DNA of 17,451 nt from Candidatus Bathyarchaeota archaeon (GCA_963777155.1 CAVZPM010000019.1:1-17451), one strand, 5' to 3'; shown: positions 1-8,415, counted from the stretch's first letter. Made by a program: numbers and translations. Notes: generated by a model not told the origin, from the letters alone.

Positions 1-582
1 CTTAGCGAACGCGATGCTGACGTGCTGGCGCTGATCGAAGCCGAAGACTTAGCCACATTCACTTTTGATGGACTTAAACGCAGAACAGGTCTCCACTCAG
101 AAACACTCTCACGAATCCTTAGCCGCCTAGAAGAAGAAGGTATCATAAAAAAAGAAACCATTGGTTACCGCGTAACCCCAAAAATTACGGAACTAAAACT
201 TCAAACACCAAGAAAAGAAACACCCTCAACACCTCTCATTCAAACCTACCTGCCCTCGGACCTTAGAACTCAACAGCTTATCCTTAACCTTAAAGGCAAA
301 TGGTTTGGCATGCTCCGTTGGCTTGGCATATCCGAAAACAACCAGGGCGTAACCCTCAAATGGATTACGGAGGACGGGGCAATCCAGATAGCGGCCAATA
401 TTCAAGGCACCATTCTAAACATCGAAGCTAAATTCTTAACCAGCAACAACCTCAACTTGGCACTGAAAGCTTCTTACCAATTGATGTCACTTATCGGCAA
501 ACTTGCCATAGCTTCGCAGTCTACGAGCCATACTATGGCGAGAAACGTAGGTTACTTTGGCGGTTCCATGATGCCCACCTAG
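1..582 (+). CDS. Winged helix-turn-helix domain protein (putative transcriptional regulator), 5'-truncated by the window edge
   Basis: Frame is open from base 1 (LSERDADVLALIEAE...). TFTFDGLKRRTGLHSETLSRILSRLEEEGIIKKETIGYRVT fits the wHTH helix-turn-helix plus wing pattern. The C-terminal alpha/beta domain is not recognised. Confidence 0.75.
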   Translation, partial: LSERDADVLALIEAEDLATFTFDGLKRRTGLHSETLSRILSRLEEEGIIKKETIGYRVTPKITELKLQTPRKETPSTPLIQTYLPSDLRTQQLILNLKGKWFGMLRWLGISENNQGVTLKWITEDGAIQIAANIQGTILNIEAKFLTSNNLNLALKASYQLMSLIGKLAIASQSTSHTMARNVGYFGGSMMPT

Positions 583-660
583 TTTTTGTGACCGACTTTC
601 AGGGTTCCTTAGTCAACAAATACCATTTTGACCATATACTCATTTGGAGAGAAAAACCAA

Positions 661-1593
661 ATGAGTCAACTAACTAATCCGTTAGAAGTCTTGAAATCTC
701 TGTCAGAAGCAACCAGTTTGCTTATCAACAAAATCTCGCAGTCGGTGGTGAGCGTCAAAGCACAGATGTCCCGCGGCACAGGCGTCGTCTTAACAAAAGA
801 CGGCTACATAATCACCTGCAACCACGTACTGCAAGGATGCGGCACCGTAAAAATCGGACAAGGAGAAAAAACCTTCAATGCAAAAATCGTAGGCACCGAC
901 CCATACAACGACATAGCCTTAATCAAAACAGAACAAGGGGAATTTACACCCATCGAAATGGGGGATTCCGAGAAACTCAGCGTAGGCCAATATGTTCTGG
1001 CTCTTGCTAACCCATTTAACCGAAATCAGCCAACCGCAACCAGCGGCATGGTCACCAGCGTAAACAGTACGATCCGAGGCTGGCGAGGCGCAACTGCGAT
1101 GGAGAATGTAATTGCGACCGACGCTCAACTGAACCCTGGCTTTAGCGGCGGACCACTCATCGACGTTCAAGGCAGGTTAATCGGCATAAACACAGCTTAT
1201 GTTTGGCAAAGAGGCATTGCTATACCTGTAAACAAAGTCAAAGGCATCGCTGACCGTTTAATGACTGGAAGAGTGGCACAACGCGGCTATTTAGGCATAA
1301 TCGCCAATACCGTTGCTATTCCAGAGGAAATCGCGGAGTCAGCAGGCTTGGAACAGGAAACAGGTGTCATGATATTTAGTGTCGAAGCAGGTTCCCCAGC
1401 GCGTAAAGCAGGCTTAGCTATGGGGGATGTACTCGTCAAATTTAACGGCAAACCCGTCACCGAATTCTATGATTTGCCAAGGTTGCTAAGCGAAGACGTG
1501 ATTGACAAAGAAACGAAGCTGACCATAATCCGCAGAGAAGCCCTAATCGAGACAACTATCATCCCAACCGTTCATGGAGACGAAGAAGATTGA
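661..1593 (+). CDS. HtrA/DegP-like S1C serine protease with one C-terminal PDZ domain; no signal peptide or TM helix
   Basis: Motifs GTGVV, ITCNHV (His), DIALIK (Asp), TDAQLNPGFSGGPL (Ser), IGINT. PDZ region GYLGI...SVEAGSPARKAGLAMGDVLVKFNG. ATG at 661 follows GGAG and is preferred over the TTG at 628. Confidence 0.93.
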   Translation: MSQLTNPLEVLKSLSEATSLLINKISQSVVSVKAQMSRGTGVVLTKDGYIITCNHVLQGCGTVKIGQGEKTFNAKIVGTDPYNDIALIKTEQGEFTPIEMGDSEKLSVGQYVLALANPFNRNQPTATSGMVTSVNSTIRGWRGATAMENVIATDAQLNPGFSGGPLIDVQGRLIGINTAYVWQRGIAIPVNKVKGIADRLMTGRVAQRGYLGIIANTVAIPEEIAESAGLEQETGVMIFSVEAGSPARKAGLAMGDVLVKFNGKPVTEFYDLPRLLSEDVIDKETKLTIIRREALIETTIIPTVHGDEED

Positions 1594-1709
1594 TCAACAA
1601 AATTCCATTAGAGATTGAACCACCATCCCCAATGCCCACCCCTCCACTACGTAGACGACCATCTCCCATGCCCCAACTCAGCATTGTGCCACGCGAAGAC
1701 CATCACTAA
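1590..1709 (+). CDS. Putative small proline-rich peptide (39 aa as read), coupled to the protease gene
   Basis: TTG at 1590 overlaps the protease stop (TTGA), with GGAG at 1576-1579. Reads MINKIPLEIEPPSPMPTPPLRRRPSPMPQLSIVPREDHH. PSPMP occurs twice with synonymous codon differences. The 3' end is uncertain because of the indel rate. Confidence 0.4.
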   Translation: MINKIPLEIEPPSPMPTPPLRRRPSPMPQLSIVPREDHH

Positions 1710-1744
1710 GATTATTCATAGACGACCACTGGAATTAAGAAACC

Positions 1745-1761
1745 TCTTTTTCTTTTTTTCT
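1745..1761 (+). terminator. T-rich archaeal-type terminator after the protease unit
   Basis: TCTTTTTCTTTTTTTCT pyrimidine run just before the next promoter. Confidence 0.5.
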
Positions 1762-1776
1762 GAAATACCTTATAAG
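1762..1776 (+). promoter_or_regulatory. BRE/TATA-like promoter of the nfeD-stomatin operon
   Basis: GAAATACC-TTATAAG about 35 bp upstream of the ATG at 1811. Confidence 0.55.
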
Positions 1777-1810
1777 CGAAAGTTCACCTATCACTAATTT
1801 AGGGATTGGC

Positions 1811-2207
1811 ATGCACGCTGGATTAGCTTTCGTTATAGGCATTTTGGTAACTATTGCAGCATTTCTGTTTTTCGCAGCAATCTCTGGAACAACCTATTAT
1901 GGGTTAGCCATCTCAGTTGAGCTAACTCTTGGAGTAGCCCTCATACTTGTTGCGTTAATTGTAGCAGTCATATTCTATGTCGGCGTTAAAGCTCAATTTA
2001 CACGGGTAAAAACAGGTAAAGAAGCCTTAATCGGCGCCAAAGGTATAGCGACAACGGACCTAAAACCCAAAGGAGAAGTCCGCGTTATGGGCGAGTTCTG
2101 GCAAGCCACGCCAAAGACAGCCGAAGTCGCCACAGGTCAAGACTATAGAAGTCGTCGGAATGGATGGCATGCTTCTTGTGGTGAAAACAACCGAGCAAAA
2201 AGCTTAA
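1811..2207 (+). CDS. nfeD: Short NfeD-family membrane protein (TM helices plus C-terminal OB-like domain, no protease domain); one frameshift near 2138-2141
   Basis: Two hydrophobic helices, then VKTGKEALIGAKGIATTDLKPKGEVRVMGEFWQA. The expected end TIEVVGMDGMLLVVKTTEQKA* is in the shifted frame (2142-2207). Lies directly upstream of a stomatin gene. Confidence 0.88.
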
Positions 2208-2248
2208 TTCTCTAAACCTAACGAATACCATTTGTTGAGGGATGAAGA

Positions 2249-3112
2249 TTGGTTGATGTTTTAACGCCTATTATTGGTTTTATCGTTATTGTTGTTGCAT
2301 TTTTCTTGTTAAGCGGTATCCGTGTACTAAGAGAATGGGAACGCATGCCCGTTTTAAGGCTTGGACGCTATGTGGGTATGAGGGGTCCAGGAATCATTTA
2401 TCTTGTTCCCTTAATTGACAGGGCACCTTTAAAAATCTCTACAAGACTCGATACCATACAGTTCCGAACCGAATCTACCCTCACCAAAGACAATGTACCA
2501 GTAAACGTCGATTCAGTCTTGTATATGAAACCCGTAGATTTAGAAAAGGCAGTGCTTCAAGTGGAAAACTATTACCAAGCAACCCAATTAGCTTCACAAA
2601 CAACATTGCGGGAAGTCATCGGTAAAGTGAGTCTAAACGAGTTGCTTGCTGAACGCGAAAAAGTCGGAGCACACCTACGCGAAATCATCGACGAAAAAAC
2701 TGAGTCATGGGGAATAAAAGCCACCGCTGTCGAAGTTCGGGACGTCATCATACCCGCCAACCTACAAGACGCCATGAGCCGCCAAGCACAAGCAGAACGT
2801 GAACGGATCGCGCGAGTAACCTTGGCCACAGCTGAGTTTGAAGCTTCAGCAAAAATGATTGAAGCCGCAAAAATGTATGAATCAAGCGAACAGGGTTTAC
2901 GCTTAAGATGGATGAACATAATCTATGAGCTGGGTCAACAAGCGGGAACAAACACCATAATGTTAATTCCTTCATCTATGCCTGAAGCTGGTTGGCCACC
3001 CGTTGGCACTTTCGGTTTCAAAGAACTACCCAAAGGTCAACCCGGAGAGAAGCCAACAAAGAAAACAGCGCCCCTACCCGAACCACCATCGCCTGAGGAG
3101 CCGCAAGAGTAA
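2249..3112 (+). CDS. SPFH/band-7 stomatin-like (slipin) protein
   Basis: N-terminal TM, IRVLREWERMPVLRLGRY..GPGI, LTKDNVPVNVD, SQTTLREVIG, WGIKATAVEVRDV, AMSRQAQAERE, and a Pro-rich tail. Confidence 0.96.
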   Translation: MVDVLTPIIGFIVIVVAFFLLSGIRVLREWERMPVLRLGRYVGMRGPGIIYLVPLIDRAPLKISTRLDTIQFRTESTLTKDNVPVNVDSVLYMKPVDLEKAVLQVENYYQATQLASQTTLREVIGKVSLNELLAEREKVGAHLREIIDEKTESWGIKATAVEVRDVIIPANLQDAMSRQAQAERERIARVTLATAEFEASAKMIEAAKMYESSEQGLRLRWMNIIYELGQQAGTNTIMLIPSSMPEAGWPPVGTFGFKELPKGQPGEKPTKKTAPLPEPPSPEEPQE

Positions 3113-3116
3113 CCTG

Positions 3117-4141
3117 CTAAGCGGTTTTTACTGCCTCAACCGTGCGTTTAAGTACCAGTTCAGCCGCTTCTTGGCTGGGCCAGCCGCCTAAACCGCAATC
3201 AGGACCAGTAAATGTCATCCTATCACCATACTTTTCTTTGGCAACACGGTACCTATTTTTTATTGCATCCACCGAGTCGACTAACTGTTCATTGGATGGA
3301 TTGGGGAATCCTTTTTCGTAGAGTTCAGCCCAAATGCCATCGATGTCTGTTCTTGCGATACCTACACGAATTTGCTTGTCTGCTTTTTCTAGTACACTCT
3401 TTGGGACAGCTTCTATGTTTTTTGGGGACGCTGCATATTCAAACGATAAAACGTCAAGACTCTTAACCGAAAGCAAATCGTGCACTCCAGACGCAAAGTG
3501 TAGGTGAATCTGTCGTAGTTGGCCCTTGGAAGTCATAGGCTTTTTCAAGCGTTTGGCACACCATCTCAGATGAGCCGGAGAAACTGCTGTGACCAAGGCT
3601 GGGTTCATCGATGGAGATGACCTTGGTTTCTATGTACTTATTGTTCAGGATACTGTTTTTTGCGAAGCGATTAATGGTTTGGGCAAACCCATCGAGTACA
3701 TCAGGGTAAGCTGTTGCCCCCACTTCAGAGAGGTATTGCTCGATTGGGCCGAAAATTGAAACCCTCAACTGGATCTTCTTGCCGAATTCCTCACTAAGAC
3801 GCTTTGGCTTCTTGGTTTAGGACATAGATTTCTGGAAGAAACGCCAGTTCCTGGTCAACGATAAAAGAACCCTTCTCCATAGCCGCATGAATCGCATCGC
3901 CAACCTGCCTGATCCCGCTGAAGTGCTGAGGAAAATTTACTACATCTAAACCTGTTCGAATTTTTGTTTTAAAAGATTCAACTACTATTGAGTAAAAGTT
4001 TTTTTGGATAAACTCGTCTTTTGAGGGGTCTTGATGGTTAATTATGGCTTGCCGTGCAGCTTCATAGGCTCTAGCGTACTCTTCTCTTTTGATTCCTGTT
4101 GGCAAAGGAAAACTGCCTATGTCATCAACTAAAGTGTCCAT
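3117..4141 (-). CDS. metE: Core (single-barrel) cobalamin-independent methionine synthase-like protein; at least two frameshifts (about 3803 and 3520-3530)
   Basis: Three consecutive ORF fragments give DDIGSFP, GLDVVNFPQ, RVSIFGP, ISIDEPSLG, QIHLH, LSFEYA, VGIARTD and GPDCGLG. Removing one A restores ...AKRLSEEFGKKIQLRVSIFGP. About 340 aa in total. Confidence 0.8.
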
Positions 4142-4204
4142 AAAGTATTACTGACCAGCGAAATTGTATTAAAGCTATATCCTAACAACAAACCTCGGAA
4201 AGGT

Positions 4205-4649
4205 ATGACCCAAATGGTACATGACTGCATATTTTGCCAGATAATCCGCAAAGAGGCACCCGCAAACGTGGTCTATGAAGACCAACAAGTACTCGCTTTT
4301 TTGAGTAACCGACCCAGTAAACGATGGACACACATTGGTGGTCCCAAAAAAACATTATGAGAACATTTTTGAGATTCCTGAAGAGGAAGCAGCTTATCTA
4401 TTTAGGGTTGTTAAACGTATTGCAGTTGCGGTTAAGAATGCCACTGCGGCTGAGGGCATCAGGATAGTTCAGAACAACGGGTGGGCAGCTGGACAGGTAG
4501 TTTTCCATTTGCATGTACATGTGATTCCAATGGAACCAAATGACGGTTTTGTCCATGGCAAAGCTTTCCGCGATCACACGAATGCTATGGAATCTGAGGA
4601 ACTTCAGAAAGATGCCGAAAAAATAAGGCAACATCTTGAGAACCTATAA
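4205..4649 (+). CDS. hit: HIT (histidine triad, Hint-type) nucleotide hydrolase; one frameshift near 4313-4315
   Basis: From ATG 4205 (or 4214): MTQMVHDCIFCQIIRKEAPANVVYEDQQVLAFLSNRP, then VNDGHTLVVPKKH...NNGWAAGQVVFHLHVHVIP in the shifted frame. CxxC and HxHxH motifs are present. Confidence 0.94.
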
Positions 4650-4820
4650 ACCTCTTGATAATAGAACGCGAATCATTAGGCTTCAGGAAACCAAAGTATA
4701 AACAAAAGGTTACAGTTTACTTAGAGCGATGGAATAAGCAAGGGCTCATTTGCTAGAAAAATAGGCACATCTATAAAAGGGTGAAAAACAATCATTGCCT
4801 ACATCACAAGCGGAATAAAC

Positions 4821-5153
4821 ATGACCGAACAACCAAACGAACAAAACAACCCCCCTCAAATTGAAAAACTTTTAATCGACGACCTCTCGAATTTTCAGTT
4901 CCATGCAGCATACCTTGTTTATGAAGAAGCATTCGACAAGGCATCTGACATGGAAGCTAAAGAGGTACTTAACCAGAATATTCAAGATTTGAAAGAAAAC
5001 AAAATCTCCACAGAAACTTTCTATGGAAACGTATCGCGGTATCGAAAGTTGGATGCCCCACGTCAAGAAAGGTTCTCAATGCAAACACAGCGAAAGAAAG
5101 ATTGGCGCAAGAAAACGCAGCGACAAGAAAGAATCAAAAGACACAAGAAGTAA
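4821..5153 (+). CDS. Hypothetical protein, 110 aa, acidic helical core and very basic C-terminal tail
   Basis: Clean ATG ORF, upstream TATAAA at 4773-4778 and a downstream T-rich tract. Tail QRKKDWRKKTQRQERIKRHKK. Confidence 0.75.
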   Translation: MTEQPNEQNNPPQIEKLLIDDLSNFQFHAAYLVYEEAFDKASDMEAKEVLNQNIQDLKENKISTETFYGNVSRYRKLDAPRQERFSMQTQRKKDWRKKTQRQERIKRHKK

Positions 5154-5229
5154 CCAAGTAAGTTTAATTATTATTCTTTCATTTGTTCTTTGTTTAGTCA
5201 GTTTGAGGCAGGTTTTTTGAATGATGGAT

Positions 5230-5249
5230 TGTTTAAACATGTTTAAACA
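5230..5249. promoter_or_regulatory. Perfect 20-bp palindrome made of two tandem TGTTTAAACA palindromes; candidate operator
   Basis: TGTTTAAACATGTTTAAACA read directly. It lies about 20 bp upstream of TATAAA (5270-5275) in front of the ECF-S/PoK/PPAT operon. Confidence 0.5.
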
Positions 5250-5326
5250 GTTCATAGGGAAGTTTTATCTATAAAAGAGAACTCTCAACAGCGTCAAACA
5301 TTAAACGCAAGGAAGCAAAAGTTAAG

Positions 5327-6059
5327 ATGCTGAAATTTAGAGCAATTGATGTTGCAGTGCTTAGCGTTAAACATAGCATTGTATGTTGCATTAGGATACA
5401 TTTTCATAGTTTAATCTTAATCATTTGGCGGAGTCAGGTTTTGGCCTCAAGTTATTGTACCAGCGGTCTTCGCTGTCGTGTTTGGTCCGCTTGTTGGCGG
5501 GATTGGAGCGGCAGTAGGCATATTCATAAGCGATGCTATGTTTGGAAATAATTTGCTATTAAGCTTGTTAGCAGGTGTTACAAGCAACTTTGTGGCTTTC
5601 TTCCTAATAGGCTACATAGCCAAGAAAAAAATTCGTTGGGCAACCCCTGTTGTGGCTTACGGAATAGCAACAGCATTCTTCATGTGGATTGGCTACGCCT
5701 ATACGGGTTTGGACTTTTGGGTCAAAATCGCTTTGATGGTTGTGGTACTGGGAAGTTACATAATATTCTTGGTTCCGGTTGTTATTTTGAGAAACTCTAA
5801 ATGGCGCAGTTTTGAAGTAGGCTCAATAGTTGGGATGTTACTTGGCGCGGCTATAATTGGAGTTACAGTACCGATTTTCTTTCAATACTTTACTCCCGAC
5901 GCCTCACCAGCCACTTCACCATTAATTTGATTGACAACCTTTTTCTTCACGTTTTTTACCGAAGTCCCCTTCGTCTTAATTCTTGGACCGCCAATAATTG
6001 CGGCAGTCAATAAGGCGTTTCCATCGTTAGCTAAAAGAAATAAAAGTGAAATAGATTGA
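5327..6059 (+). CDS. ECF transporter S-component-like membrane protein; several indels and an apparent in-frame TGA at 5928-5930
   Basis: Reconstructed MLKFRAIDVAVLSV-NIALYVALGYIF...GGVRFWPQVIVPAVFAVVFGPLVGGIGAAVGIFISD, with the FGP..G..GAAVG pattern typical of S-components. Continues after the TGA as LTTFFFTFFTEVPFVLILGPPIIAAVNKAFPSL...EID*, with the stop overlapping the TTG of pantoate kinase. Confidence 0.75.
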
Positions 6060-6991
6060 AAAGAACCGCTAAAGCTTTTGCACCAGCGGCAATCTCAAGC
6101 TTTTTTGAAATCTGCGACACCCAAGACGGCAAACCGATTACTGATTTGGAGAAAGTTGGTGCTATAGGTGGAGGTTTTGGGCTCCAAAGAGGCGTCTTAA
6201 CTAAAGTGACAACGCAAGGAGCAGAAAAAAACAGCATTTCCGTTTTGATCAATTCCAAACAAGCCCAGGAAGCGAAAACCACAATACGTGTAGTAGAAAC
6301 GCTTCTGGATAAAACAAACACAAAATACAATGTTACAGTTGAACACAAGATTGAAGTCCCCATCGGATCAGGGTTTGGGACCAGCGCTGGAGGAGCATTG
6401 ACAGTAGGCTTAGCGCTTAAGGAAGCGTTAGAATTGCCATTGACATATAATCAGATTGGCAAAATAGCACATGTCGCAGAAATTCAATGTCAGACTGGCT
6501 TGGGCACTGTAAGTTCGCTCGCTTTTAGTGGTGGCTGCGTGCTCGTGGTTGAGCCAGGCGCCCCAGGTATTTGCCAAATAGACCGTATACCAATATCACC
6601 CGACTATGTGGTTGTCGCTGGCTATCTGGAATCAACAATCCCAAAGGATACTGTCCTGGCATCTCCACAGAAAAAGAAGGAAATAAACGGCTATGGCAAA
6701 AAAACCCTGAAAGCCATACTTGATGAGCCCAGCTTGGAGAATTTTCTAGATTGTTGCTGGGAGTTTTCTAAAAAAGCTGGGTTTGCAACTGAAAAAGTTT
6801 GCGAGCTAGTGAAGTCTGCCAAGAAAGCTGGTGCAATTGGAGCAACCCAAAACATGATCGGGGAAGCAGTGCACGCCGTAGTACATGAAGAGAACGCCAA
6901 CTCGGTAGCAGAAGCTTTTAAGCAAGCTTTACCCTCACAACAAGTATTAGTCAGTGAGATAGATTTCCAAGGTGCTAGGCTGATTAAATGA
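6056..6991 (+). CDS. pok: Archaeal pantoate kinase (GHMP kinase family)
   Basis: AFAPAAISSFF, GAIGGG, the GHMP loop PIGSGFGTSAGGAL, IAHVAEIQCQTGLGTV and ATQNMIGEAV. Coupled to a PPAT gene. Confidence 0.9.
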   Translation: MKRTAKAFAPAAISSFFEICDTQDGKPITDLEKVGAIGGGFGLQRGVLTKVTTQGAEKNSISVLINSKQAQEAKTTIRVVETLLDKTNTKYNVTVEHKIEVPIGSGFGTSAGGALTVGLALKEALELPLTYNQIGKIAHVAEIQCQTGLGTVSSLAFSGGCVLVVEPGAPGICQIDRIPISPDYVVVAGYLESTIPKDTVLASPQKKKEINGYGKKTLKAILDEPSLENFLDCCWEFSKKAGFATEKVCELVKSAKKAGAIGATQNMIGEAVHAVVHEENANSVAEAFKQALPSQQVLVSEIDFQGARLIK

Positions 6992-7470
6992 AAAAATACC
7001 GAGAAGTTGCAGTAGGAGGAACTTTCGATCAGCTCCACCGTGGGCACAAAGCGTTGCTGGCTATGGCTTTTAAAGTTGGCGAAAAAGTTGTCATCGGTTT
7101 ATCTTCCGATGAGTTCGTTACTAAAATGGGTAAGCCGCATATAACAGCTAATTATGCCGAGCGAAAAAAAGACCTCGCTTCATACTTGACTGAGATAGGG
7201 CTGATGGATAGGGCAAAAATTGTACCGCTTAAAGATCCATATGGCTTAACAATTAAAGGCAAAGGTCTAGAAGCATTGGTTGTAAGCAAAGAAACCGCAA
7301 GAACCGCCAGTTCTATAAATGAGGCTCGTCAGAAGGCAGGGATACCGCCACTTGAAATCGTCGCGGTTGACATGATCCAAGCCGAAAACAACACACCTAT
7401 TTCCACGACACGGATTCGAAGTGGAGAAATTGACCGCAATGGGCACATGCTAAAGAACACACAAAAGTAG
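6988..7470 (+). CDS. coaD: Archaeal phosphopantetheine adenylyltransferase (PPAT)
   Basis: VAVGGTFDQLHRGH (HxGH), IGLSSDEF, LKDPYG, ALVVSKET, INEARQKAGIPPLEI and ISTTRIRSGEIDRNG. ATGA overlap with pok. Confidence 0.94.
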   Translation: MKKYREVAVGGTFDQLHRGHKALLAMAFKVGEKVVIGLSSDEFVTKMGKPHITANYAERKKDLASYLTEIGLMDRAKIVPLKDPYGLTIKGKGLEALVVSKETARTASSINEARQKAGIPPLEIVAVDMIQAENNTPISTTRIRSGEIDRNGHMLKNTQK

Positions 7471-7474
7471 AAAC

Positions 7475-8404
7475 TTAGAGAATTTCCCCCACAACATTAA
7501 TCGGTTTAGGAATCAAAGCAGTCAAATCCTCAAGCTTTTCTCTATCCACTGTAGCAAGAATAACCGTGGCAGGACCAGCCGACTTGTTCAAATCCAACTT
7601 TTGAACCTCGAATATTTTCAGTTGTCTCCCAACGCCATATGCCATCATTCTTGCTTCACTGGCAATCCCAAAACCGCCCACAGGCGCAATATCATGAATG
7701 TATTTCCTCTGTGAAAGCTGGGCGACGTTTTTGAGGTCTGCAATTTCTCCGTGCACTTCAGCTGCTAAGACTTCGTCCCCAACCTTGGGTTTGCCGATTG
7801 CAACAACTAGGTCACCCGGCAAGGTCTTTCCAAGTCTCAACTCATCCTCATTTGCGAAGCCAACTACAGTCAATCCTACTCCAGTTTGCACGGTTTCAAA
7901 ATTGTCCTCTGTATTCTCCATCAGTACTTGGTTTGGGTCAAGTCCTATGCTTCTAGCTTCACGCCTAATTCCCTCAAGTATCGCATTGCCCGTTGGCTCT
8001 TTCTCAACGCCTAAGGTTACGGATAAAAGGACAGGAAACGCTCCGGTTGCAGTAACATCCATCAAAGCTACTCTCGCCAAAAACTTACCCAGCACATGCC
8101 CCTCCACTTTGACTTTATCCATTACTTTGGAGCCCACAGCGCCACTTGAGGTTGACCCTGCAACGATGGCGTGCCCAGTGGGAATTTTTAGTATTGAGAC
8201 GTCGCCTCTTCGTGTGTAAGCGATTTGGGCGGGTTTTACTTGGAAGACTATGGGTCTTAGCATGGTGCCAACATTTTCTGTTAAGTGCAGGTAGATTGTT
8301 AAGGCTTGACGAATGACTTCTGATCGGGTGAGGTTGTGTTTCTTGGCTAGTTTATCTATGTCCGAAGTCAGTTTGTCGGGTAAACGCACATTTATTATTT
8401 CCAT
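7475..8404 (-). CDS. Ribbon-helix-helix (CopG-like) domain fused to an AIR-synthase/PurM-fold, alpha-ribazole kinase (CblS)-like domain
   Basis: MEIINVRLPDKLTSDIDKLAKKHNLTRSEVIRQAL is an RHH. The remainder has CblS-like segments G.K..D.V.V, ARVALMDV, LGVEKEPTG, TEDNFETVQTGVGLTVVG, IGKPKVGDEV, IAPVG..GI..E and KSAGPAT. ATG 8404 is preferred over TTG 8440. Confidence 0.78.
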   Translation of the reverse strand: MEIINVRLPDKLTSDIDKLAKKHNLTRSEVIRQALTIYLHLTENVGTMLRPIVFQVKPAQIAYTRRGDVSILKIPTGHAIVAGSTSSGAVGSKVMDKVKVEGHVLGKFLARVALMDVTATGAFPVLLSVTLGVEKEPTGNAILEGIRREARSIGLDPNQVLMENTEDNFETVQTGVGLTVVGFANEDELRLGKTLPGDLVVAIGKPKVGDEVLAAEVHGEIADLKNVAQLSQRKYIHDIAPVGGFGIASEARMMAYGVGRQLKIFEVQKLDLNKSAGPATVILATVDREKLEDLTALIPKPINVVGEIL

Positions 8405-8415
8405 GAGTGGTTCAC

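Noticed and set aside
1615-1797. 60-aa ORF from the track as a stand-alone gene
   Set aside because: It runs through the T-rich terminator and the nfeD promoter and has no SD. The frame starting at 1590 is better supported, though part of this frame may be its frameshifted tail.
2572-2975. Antisense ORFs over the stomatin gene; similar shadow ORFs at 919-1170, 6031-6363, 6691-7047, 7698-8219, 9516-10073, 12464-12763, 14063-14413 and 17127-17438
   Set aside because: They fully overlap well-supported genes on the other strand and show no recognisable motifs.
5928-5930. In-frame TGA in the ECF S-component gene as possible selenocysteine or stop-codon recoding
   Set aside because: It lies in an error-rich gene, compensating indels around 5905-5932 give a sensible reading, and TGA is the normal stop for several other genes here (1593, 6059, 6991, 9651).
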